A stretch of 64,000 nt of DNA from Pseudozobellia thermophila (GTDB taxonomy: Bacteria; Bacteroidota; Bacteroidia; Flavobacteriales; Flavobacteriaceae), in NCBI RefSeq assembly GCF_900141855.1, contig NZ_FQYU01000001.1:95402-159401 (forward strand). Reading direction: 5' to 3'. Shown here piece after piece: positions 48,222 through 56,222 of the stretch; position 1 is the stretch's first letter; the number at the start of each line of letters is the position of its first letter. The notes under the pieces are model-generated. The model made no database searches and had not been told where the DNA came from. It saw only the letters and a program-made list of their open reading frames with translations. The position numbers were made by a program, and so were the translations under genes.

Positions 48222-50588
48222 AGATACAACGGCGGTGTGTCGGCCAATGCCGTCTATTACGACGGTACCGCCAACCGACAGGAGCTCACCTATTACCTCA
48301 CCGGAAGCTTAAACTTCAACATTGCCGGGGTGTACAACGTTCCGCTATCGTTTACCTATTCGAACCAAGAGTTCAATTTTCCCAACCCCTTTAACTTTAA
48401 TCGCTTGAGCCTGCATCCATCCTACAAATGGGCTACCGCACATATCGGCGACGTAAGCATGACCTTTTCGCCCTACACCCTCGCCGGTCACCAATTTACG
48501 GGCGGCGGTTTTGACCTGAATCCGGAAGGGAAATTTCAAATAAGCGCCATGTACGGCCACTTTTTAAAGGCCACCGAATACAACGAGGAACACCCCGAGG
48601 CCCTTACCGCCTACAAACGCATGGGCTATGGCATAAAGACCGCCTATGATTTCGATTTTATGAAACTGGGACTCATTCTCTTTAAGGCCCATGACGAAGA
48701 GAACTCATTGGAAAATCCGTTTCCCGTGGAGCTCGGACTCTCACCCAAAGACAATGCCGTGCTCTCCTTCGAATCGGAATTCCGGCTTTTCGAAAAGGCC
48801 AGTATACACATAGAATACGCCATATCGGGCGTTACCGAGGACACGAGGCCGACCGAAGCCCCTTCGTCTCCCGGGCTGCTGTCCTTCCTTCTAAAAGAAA
48901 ACATAAGCACCCAATACTACAAGGCCCTGAACGCATCGTTAGACTACCCCGCGGGCAACGGAACCTTGGGACTAGGGTATGAACGCATCGACCCCGAGTA
49001 CAAGACCCTGGGTGCCTATTATTTCAACAACGACCTCGAAAACATCACGGTAAACGCGAGCCAGTCGGTTTTCGACAACAAACTCAACCTCAGCGTAAAC
49101 GCCGGCCTGCAGCGCGATAACCTGAACAAGGCCAAATCATCGGACCAACAGCGCATCGTAAGTGCCATCAACGCCAATTACACGGCCTCCGACCGTTTGG
49201 GCTTCAATGCATCCTACAGCAACTTTCAGTCCTACACCAACATTCGCGACCAGTTCGATTACATCAACCAAGTAGGGGCCTACGACAATATAGACACGCT
49301 GAACTATCGCCAGATTTCACAAAATGCCAACTTGGGCATCAACTACATCCTCAAAAAAACAGAGACCAAACAGCACAGCACCAACCTTAACCTGGTCTAT
49401 CAAAACAGCACCAACCAACAGGAAGGCGAAACCATAGAAGGCGGGGAAAACTCCTTCTACAACGGTATGGCGGGCTATACCCTGGGCTACCCCAAACAGG
49501 CCCTCAACATCTCCTTGGCCGCCAACGTTTCGTACAATACCGTGGCCGAGGACGACAACATGACCCTTGGCCCCACCCTATCCATCGGCAAGCAGTTTTT
49601 CGACAAGCAACTGCGCACCAACTTTTCAAGTTCGTACAATACGAGCTACGCCAACGGGGAACAGCAGAACAACATCCTTAACTTTAGGTTGGGCAGTAAC
49701 TATACGCTGTACAAAAAACACAACCTCAGCCTTAATTTTCTGATGCTTTTCAGGAATTCGGAACTCAATACGGGGCGCGACCTGACCATTACCTTCGGCT
49801 ACAGCTATGCCTTTGACAACTTTAAGCTCGACCTTGATTCCCATAGGCGCAGTCCCAACGAACGCGACCCCCGCAACAGGGAAAGCACGTTGAGCTTCCG
49901 CTACCGCAATGTATCGTACAGCGGCACGATACCCCAACTGAACGAGCAGCTGACCAACGTGTACGAGAGTCCGCAGTTCGCCGACATCCCCCAATTCAAG
50001 AAAGACGAGCTCAAAATCCTTTTGGCCACCGTCAAAGAGCAAAAGCGGGAGGAAAAATACAAGGAGCAGGCCCTTATTTTTCTTGAGGAGCTCTACGCCT
50101 TCGACGATTTTAAAACCATTTACGACGAGGCCCTGTACAACGTGGTCATGGCCATCAAAGACGACATGAAGAAAGTGGACATGGCCCTGGAAAAACTCTT
50201 CGTCGCCAAAAAACTGGAAGCCGACGAGCACCCCCTGAACGGAAAGGGTCCCGAAAACTATACGGAAAAGGACAAAACCCTGGTGCCGGAGTACGAAGCC
50301 CTCCTAAAAGAGCGGGAGACCCGTTTGCGAAAATTGGTAGGACATAGGTGGATGGAAACCCAGTTCGCCGCCTTTACCTCCAAGGAAAAGATAGCGAAAG
50401 GAATAGGCTTTTTACTGGAGTTCAAGAAAAAACAGGCCCTAAAATCCTTTGAGCTTTATGAAAAAACCGAAAACCAGGAAAAACTGGAATACTACCTCGA
50501 AAACGAAATCATCGATTTCTACTATAAGAAGTCGCTGAAAACGGTAAACCCCGAACTGTTCGAACTGAGGTATATCAATAAATTGTAG
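48129..50588 (+). CDS. Large outer-membrane beta-barrel-like protein (~570 aa, aromatic/Asn/Ser/Thr/Tyr-rich) with a ~230-aa C-terminal helical Lys/Glu-rich domain; unknown family
   Basis: TTG start with signal peptide (M)YRLLVPLLMCCTLGFSQS; alternating beta-strand character with frequent aromatic-Asn/Ser residues; C-terminal ...KEQKREEKYKEQALIFLEELYAFDDFKTIYDEALYNVVMAIKDDMKK is helical. Confidence 0.7.
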   Translation: MYRLLVPLLMCCTLGFSQSINFDQLGKEKWLRYNGGVSANAVYYDGTANRQELTYYLTGSLNFNIAGVYNVPLSFTYSNQEFNFPNPFNFNRLSLHPSYKWATAHIGDVSMTFSPYTLAGHQFTGGGFDLNPEGKFQISAMYGHFLKATEYNEEHPEALTAYKRMGYGIKTAYDFDFMKLGLILFKAHDEENSLENPFPVELGLSPKDNAVLSFESEFRLFEKASIHIEYAISGVTEDTRPTEAPSSPGLLSFLLKENISTQYYKALNASLDYPAGNGTLGLGYERIDPEYKTLGAYYFNNDLENITVNASQSVFDNKLNLSVNAGLQRDNLNKAKSSDQQRIVSAINANYTASDRLGFNASYSNFQSYTNIRDQFDYINQVGAYDNIDTLNYRQISQNANLGINYILKKTETKQHSTNLNLVYQNSTNQQEGETIEGGENSFYNGMAGYTLGYPKQALNISLAANVSYNTVAEDDNMTLGPTLSIGKQFFDKQLRTNFSSSYNTSYANGEQQNNILNFRLGSNYTLYKKHNLSLNFLMLFRNSELNTGRDLTITFGYSYAFDNFKLDLDSHRRSPNERDPRNRESTLSFRYRNVSYSGTIPQLNEQLTNVYESPQFADIPQFKKDELKILLATVKEQKREEKYKEQALIFLEELYAFDDFKTIYDEALYNVVMAIKDDMKKVDMALEKLFVAKKLEADEHPLNGKGPENYTEKDKTLVPEYEALLKERETRLRKLVGHRWMETQFAAFTSKEKIAKGIGFLLEFKKKQALKSFELYEKTENQEKLEYYLENEIIDFYYKKSLKTVNPELFELRYINKL

Positions 50589-50836
50589 ACAATGAACAAT
50601 TAGCAATTAGCAATAAACAATGAGCAATGAACAGTTAACAGTAGGCAGTGGGCAGTGGGCAGTGAACAGTTAGCAATTAGCAATTAGCAATGAACAATTA
50701 ACAGTGAACAGTTGGCAGTGGGCAGTGGACAATTGACAATTAACAGTGAACAGTTAGCAATGAGCAATGAACAGTAGGCAGTTGGCTGTGGGCAGTGGGC
50801 AGTGAACAGTTGGCAGTGGGCAGTTGGCAGCTATTA
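50589..50836. repeat. Tract of about 35 tandem degenerate heptanucleotide repeats (unit RCARTKR, e.g. GCAGTGG / GCAATTA / ACAGTGA)
   Basis: acaatga acaatta gcaatta gcaataa acaatga gcaatga acagtta acagtag gcagtgg gcagtgg gcagtga ... gcagttg gcagcta; starts on the base after the OMP stop codon and runs into the 5' end of the next long ORF. Confidence 0.9.
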
Positions 50837-50869
50837 GTTCTAAGAAAATTAAAAAATATCGGACCGTTG

Positions 50870-53800
50870 ATGACCAACAGCGTTATAAAACATATGAAAA
50901 ACAACGATTTAGCATTGCAGCATCCCTTTACAAACCCGGTAAATGGCCGTGGCGCATGGCGCAAGACCTTCGGTAAGGGTCAGGCTGTGCTTTTATACAT
51001 GCTTCTTTTCTTCCTATGCTTCCTGGGTAGCCTCGCGGTAAACGCCCAGTCCTTTCCCGTTCAGGTGATTCCTCAGGTAACCCCGCCGGCGCCGATCTAT
51101 TTCTCCGATTATGCCGATGCGAGTACCTTGGGCAGTCCGCTCCGCGTGCAGATCATCTTGAACGATTTTGAGATCGCCAACCGCGAGATACGCCTGCGTA
51201 CCTATTTTGAGGGCGGGGGTATCAGCTTTCATAGTAACGATGTGGTGCTAGGTGCCGAAAAACTCTATTTGGAAGGCGGCGTGCCCTTGGTACTCACCAA
51301 CGTACAATTGGCCCCGTACTTTAGGTTCGAGAACATTAGCGGAATATCGCCCAACGTATACGGAAAAGCCATTCCCGAAGGCGCCTACTCCTTTTGTTTT
51401 GAGGTGTACGATGTACTGACGGGCAACCGCCTGTCGCAAAAAAGCTGTGCCACCAGCGTTGTCTTTCAAAACGAACCGCCCTTTCTGGTCGCACCGAGAA
51501 ACAAGTCCAACCTAGCCGAAACCAATCCGCAGAACATCGTCTTCCAATGGACGCCACGCCACATCAACGTGAGCAATGTGGAATACGAACTGAGCATCGT
51601 GGAGATCTGGGATACCCAGGTAGACCCGCAACAGGCCTTTTTAAGCTCTCCGCCCGTTTTTCAGGTCACGACCACCGCCACCACCTACGTATACGGTCCG
51701 GCCGACCCGCTTTTTCTTTCGGGAAAAAACTACGCCTGGCGCGTACAGGCCAAGGCCAAGCAAGGGGTCGAGGAAATCGGACTCTTCAAAAACCAGGGCT
51801 ATAGTGAAATCTATTCCTTCAGCTATGCCGGCACCTGCGACCTGCCCATCGGTATCAACCACGAAGTAAAGGGCAGTACCAATGCCAATATCTTTTGGGA
51901 CGATTTCGCTACCGATGTGCCCGAATATACGGTGCGGTACCGCCAAAAGAACATAGAGGGAGCGGAGTGGTTTATGAACAAGACCACTTCGAACCAAACC
52001 ACCCTGTGGGACCTTAAGGCAGGCACCACCTACGAATACCAGGTGCAAAAACAATGCTCGGTGACCGGAAGCGATTGGAGCATGGCCAAGGAGTTTACCA
52101 CCTTTATCGCCGACGACGAAGCCAGTGTCTACGACTGTGGCATAACGCCCGATTTTGATGTTTCGAACAAAGAGCCCCTGCCCAGCATCTCCTCCGGTGA
52201 AAAGTTTATGGCGGGCGACTTCCCCATAAATATTTTAAAGGTAAGCGGTAAAAATGGCCGTTTTACGGGTAAAGGATACGTGACCATCCCTTATTTGAAC
52301 AGCATTCGAGTGGGCGTAGAGTTTACCAATGTGCTTATCAATACCGACAAGAAATTGGCCGAAGGTACCGTAGTCACCACCTACGACCCGAGTTTAAAGA
52401 ACATCTTGGACATAAACGAATCAGTCGATACGGTAGAAGATGCCGTTGATGCCGTGGGGGAATTTTTTGAAGGAGATAACGACCTAGATGAAATTCGCGT
52501 CAACTGGGCCCTTAGATCTAAGAAAGATATAAAAATAAAAGGTGGTAAAGTCGTGATCACCAACCCCAATACGGGGGCAACCAAATCGGAACCCTTAGGC
52601 GACGATATGGTGATTACCGACAGTGAAGGGAAAACCTATTACGTAGATGCGGAAGGAAAAATAACCGAAGGGGGATCACTTGCTACTGGCGGGGCCATAA
52701 GCCCGGATACCGTAGAAGGCGTCTCGAACAACGGCCAAATAGAATCCTTAACGGCAGAAGGTGTTCTGGTCACCTTTAACGAAGCGGGTACGTATGCCAT
52801 GGATATAATGCCCAAGGGCGAAATAGGAAAGCTCAAGGACGAGTACACAGTTATAAAGGATGCGGAAGGCAACGACTATGTGCTTACCCACCATGCCGTA
52901 AAGAATAGGGCAAGCACCAAAATAAAGGCCAAAATCGACATTAAAAACGATGCCTACGATGTATCGGATGTCATCTTCAAGACCAAGCATGGGGATAGTA
53001 TCCCCACGACCTTCAAGGGCAATCAGGCCACCTTGACCTTGAAAGGCAGGTTTACCTTCGAAAACGAGGTAATCTATGCGGTCGTACCCGACAAGGACGA
53101 CAGTACAAAACAACTTACGGCCGGGGCGTTTACCCTTTGGCATCTATCCGAACGCACCGTAAAAGTGGCCCTGGTTTCCGTTAACGGCGCCTCTTTGGGT
53201 AATATCGAATCCAACGTTTCCGACATCTTCAAAAAAGCGGTGGCCCGTATTGAGTTCGGCGAGAGCCTTTCCCTTTCCGTCACCAAGGACGAACTAGGAA
53301 GCAACCAAAAATTGGATGTAGGCGAAAGCGCATGGGCCGCGGCCTATAACGAGGAACAGAAGATGCTCGTAAACAAGGTGAAGCAATTGCCCAACTATAA
53401 GACCGACACCTATTATGTCTTGGTCTTCAACGACATAGAACCTTCAGAATCCATCGGTGGATTTATGCCCCTACAGCGGCAAATGGGCTTTGTATTTGGC
53501 GGTGACCCAGATGATGGTGAAGATAAGAACGGGGACAAGAGCAAGACCTTGGCCCACGAAATAGGCCATGGTATTTTCGCCCTTCAGCACCCCTTCGCTG
53601 AATATGACATGCCTGAAAATCAAACCGATTGGCTCATGGATTATGGCAGTGGAGACCAATTGCCCCATACCCATTGGGCCCAGATCCATGACCCGGCCCT
53701 TAAATTCTACATTTTTCAAGATGAGGAGGATGGTTTATTAATACAAAACGGAATCACTCCATATCTTAACATTCATGAAAAAAATTGGGATAATTATTGT

Positions 53801-55912
53801 TTTTTGTCTCCTATTGGTACTGCAATAGATATACCGGGTGCCACCCATGTAATGTTTAATGAAGATGGGGCCGTAATTGCTTTTAAAATAGGTAATGAAA
53901 AATTTTTAGGGCTTTATAACCCGGCCAAGCAGCGTTTTATAGGATATCTCAACTCTACTTCAAAACTGATTACAAAAGAAATGAGTCTCACAGAAGACTT
54001 TAGAAAAAAATTCAATGAAGAAAAATTCACCAATATCAAATTTGCTGAAAAATCCAAAGATATTGTCGCAATTGCTAAAAAAAAGCATAAATCAAGATAT
54101 TTGGATTGTATCTATCAAGTGATATGGGAAAATTCAACAATAGGAAGTAGCTATACTGGTATATCAACCCCGCCCTTTATTCCAAATGACGGTACCATAG
54201 AGAATTTTATTTCTGGCAATCAATGTGCAAATGCTACAAGTGATGGAATAATCGATGGCCCAGGTGATGTAGTTTATTTTAAACTATTTGAGTTTGTTGA
54301 CAATGAAGAAAGAATAAAATTGATAGAGTTTTCAAATTACTTATCCGATTTATTAAAAAATAAAACCTTCGCGTTCTACGGATATGGTTTAGAAAATTAT
54401 GAAATATCCAATTCGATTAACAAAGAAGTTTTAAATTATTTAACAAACAATAAGATTTATTCCAAGGAAAAATTTGAAGAACATTTTCCCATTCAAACAT
54501 TCTCACGTGACAAAGACATAATATTTTCCACAATTGATTTAAGAAAAACAATACCAAAGGATTATAATTCGAAGGAAAGTATAGATTATGAAATACTCAA
54601 TGCGACAGGGGAAAAGCGTCCATATGAATATTCTTTCTCTGATTTGACAGTTCGACTTCAATATTTAGCCGACGACACTTTTATTAAAACGGCCATTCAT
54701 AAAATGGAAGCCGAAGGTAGAGCTGAGCCAATTTCTCAAAAAGACGGATACAACCAATACGTAGCTAAGTATGGTACTGATGCCGCGTTTATTCTATGGG
54801 CAGAATTTGCTTCCAATGCTAGCAAAGATGTTATGTCCGCTTATTTTATCCATAGAGTCACTGCTGAATATGGTGTTGCCCTCTTACAAGAAATTTCAAA
54901 AGAAGCGGCAGAAAAATTCATATGGGGAGTACTAGAGGAATCTATTCCGAATTACCTTGCAAACGAATTACTTGACGAAGATCAATTTAGTAAAGACTTC
55001 TTTCAAGATGCATTGTTAGCAGGTGTCAAAAATACAATTAGCCCCACAGGTAGAAAATTTACGGATGTTGCAATTGAGAAAGGATATGATTGTCTCATTG
55101 GACTTGATATATCAACAATTGATGGTCTTTTATTTTCAAAGTCAAAAGAAGAATTGGAAAAATACTTACTGTATGGGTCATTTGAATGTGTTTTTCCAAT
55201 GATTGCTCCCAAACTGTTTGATTATGTACTCAAAGGTAACCCGGTCGCAAAAAAAGTACACAAATATTTGACAACAAAGCTAAATATTGACCATAGTCAG
55301 ACCCCTGATTTAATGATTAAAATGTTGGGGATGGAAAAAAACTTAAAGGGGAAAAGCGAACATTATAGAAGTGTTTTAAAAGAAATCATTACTACAGAAT
55401 CTGGCGCCCAAGCAATTGATGTTTTAATTAAAGCAAATTTTGACTATACCACGTTATCGGTCTCCAATTTAAGAAGACTAAAAAATGTCGTAGAAAAATG
55501 GGGAAACAGTAATGAAATGGTGGAATTATTCAAAAGCACAACCGATGTAAACAGAATGCTGATTTACATGGAAAAAATGGTGAAATCACCACAAGAATAC
55601 AAAGAGCTATTAAAAAAAATAGGCGAAAATGAGATGTTTTCAAAAACAATAACGATAAATGGAAAAACAGTGAATATAGAAACCTATTTCAATAGTTTTC
55701 ATGACGGGTATACCTATTATCACAAACAAGAGAATAACATACATTACTATGCGAAAATGAACGGGGCCGACGGTTTGCGTATCATAATAGACCTAACCAA
55801 TAGTGCTATTCCTGTGATAAAAAATATATCGTATGGCACAGCAGCTAACGTTCTGAAAGATTTCATATCAAATTCGATAGAATATAAGTTGGACATTTCA
55901 GATGATAACTAG
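50870..55912 (+). CDS. Giant secreted multidomain protein (about 1680 aa): FN3-like domains, a central zincin-like HEIGH metallopeptidase module, and a low-GC C-terminal third of unknown function
   Basis: The ORF is open from 50795, but its first 25 codons are the heptamer repeat. Candidate starts are M at 50870, 50894 or 50999, all before the signal-like segment LLYMLLFFLCFLGSLAVNAQS. FN3-like blocks (e.g. ...IVFQWTPRH...YAWRVQAKA..., ...TVRYRQKN...YEYQVQKQ). LAHEIGHGIFALQHPF at 53555..53569. GC drops from about 50% to about 28% near 53700. Confidence 0.8.
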   Translation: MTNSVIKHMKNNDLALQHPFTNPVNGRGAWRKTFGKGQAVLLYMLLFFLCFLGSLAVNAQSFPVQVIPQVTPPAPIYFSDYADASTLGSPLRVQIILNDFEIANREIRLRTYFEGGGISFHSNDVVLGAEKLYLEGGVPLVLTNVQLAPYFRFENISGISPNVYGKAIPEGAYSFCFEVYDVLTGNRLSQKSCATSVVFQNEPPFLVAPRNKSNLAETNPQNIVFQWTPRHINVSNVEYELSIVEIWDTQVDPQQAFLSSPPVFQVTTTATTYVYGPADPLFLSGKNYAWRVQAKAKQGVEEIGLFKNQGYSEIYSFSYAGTCDLPIGINHEVKGSTNANIFWDDFATDVPEYTVRYRQKNIEGAEWFMNKTTSNQTTLWDLKAGTTYEYQVQKQCSVTGSDWSMAKEFTTFIADDEASVYDCGITPDFDVSNKEPLPSISSGEKFMAGDFPINILKVSGKNGRFTGKGYVTIPYLNSIRVGVEFTNVLINTDKKLAEGTVVTTYDPSLKNILDINESVDTVEDAVDAVGEFFEGDNDLDEIRVNWALRSKKDIKIKGGKVVITNPNTGATKSEPLGDDMVITDSEGKTYYVDAEGKITEGGSLATGGAISPDTVEGVSNNGQIESLTAEGVLVTFNEAGTYAMDIMPKGEIGKLKDEYTVIKDAEGNDYVLTHHAVKNRASTKIKAKIDIKNDAYDVSDVIFKTKHGDSIPTTFKGNQATLTLKGRFTFENEVIYAVVPDKDDSTKQLTAGAFTLWHLSERTVKVALVSVNGASLGNIESNVSDIFKKAVARIEFGESLSLSVTKDELGSNQKLDVGESAWAAAYNEEQKMLVNKVKQLPNYKTDTYYVLVFNDIEPSESIGGFMPLQRQMGFVFGGDPDDGEDKNGDKSKTLAHEIGHGIFALQHPFAEYDMPENQTDWLMDYGSGDQLPHTHWAQIHDPALKFYIFQDEEDGLLIQNGITPYLNIHEKNWDNYCFLSPIGTAIDIPGATHVMFNEDGAVIAFKIGNEKFLGLYNPAKQRFIGYLNSTSKLITKEMSLTEDFRKKFNEEKFTNIKFAEKSKDIVAIAKKKHKSRYLDCIYQVIWENSTIGSSYTGISTPPFIPNDGTIENFISGNQCANATSDGIIDGPGDVVYFKLFEFVDNEERIKLIEFSNYLSDLLKNKTFAFYGYGLENYEISNSINKEVLNYLTNNKIYSKEKFEEHFPIQTFSRDKDIIFSTIDLRKTIPKDYNSKESIDYEILNATGEKRPYEYSFSDLTVRLQYLADDTFIKTAIHKMEAEGRAEPISQKDGYNQYVAKYGTDAAFILWAEFASNASKDVMSAYFIHRVTAEYGVALLQEISKEAAEKFIWGVLEESIPNYLANELLDEDQFSKDFFQDALLAGVKNTISPTGRKFTDVAIEKGYDCLIGLDISTIDGLLFSKSKEELEKYLLYGSFECVFPMIAPKLFDYVLKGNPVAKKVHKYLTTKLNIDHSQTPDLMIKMLGMEKNLKGKSEHYRSVLKEIITTESGAQAIDVLIKANFDYTTLSVSNLRRLKNVVEKWGNSNEMVELFKSTTDVNRMLIYMEKMVKSPQEYKELLKKIGENEMFSKTITINGKTVNIETYFNSFHDGYTYYHKQENNIHYYAKMNGADGLRIIIDLTNSAIPVIKNISYGTAANVLKDFISNSIEYKLDISDDN

Positions 55913-55960
55913 CGAAACATATAAACATATAATTAATGGCGTGCGGAACACCCCTCTAGC

Positions 55961-56089
55961 GCAAGCATCACGCTCGTACCATGTTCAAAACACCCCTGTA
56001 AAGTAGTAGGGTACTACTTTACCGTCCCCCCAAGGGGACAATAACCCCTACTTCGGCAGGCTCGGCGCAAGGCTTCGAAGGGCGGGGGA
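55961..56089. repeat. Hairpin-rich repeat element, copy 2 (longer; nested palindromes)
   Basis: TCACGCTCGTACC ... GTAAAGTAGTA-GGG-TACTACTTTAC (11-bp arms) ... GTCCCC-CCCAA-GGGGAC ... CCCCTACTTCGGCAGGCTCGGCGCAAGGCTTCGAAGGGCGGGGG; the 3' part is nearly identical to 47767..47811. Confidence 0.6.
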
Positions 56090-56222
56090 TGTAGGATCGA
56101 ACCGATGCAGATAGAAGGGAAAAATAGAAAGGTGAATAAAACAAAAAGAAGAAAAAATAAAAAATGATTGAGTCTCCCTTAGTTCCCTGGGGAGTACATA
56201 AACACGAAAAATTTCACGTAGT

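Noticed and set aside
49626-50231. 201-aa minus-strand ORF inside the 819-aa OMP gene
   Set aside because: Antisense shadow frame (Val/Gly/Phe-rich) within a long, signal-peptide-led plus-strand CDS
50589-50836. Possibility that the heptamer tract is a CRISPR array or encodes a peptide (ORFs 50740..50964 on minus and the 5' end of 50795..55912 on plus)
   Set aside because: Units are 7 bp with no spacers, so it is not CRISPR. The translated repeat (MGSEQLAVGSWQLL... and ...LPTAHSQLPTVHC) is an artefact of the periodicity. The real CDS start is placed downstream.
56085-56106. GGATCGAACC motif suggesting a tRNA T-arm on the minus strand
   Set aside because: Flanking bases cannot form a T-stem, and no acceptor or anticodon arms can be built. 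It is part of the hairpin repeat element instead.
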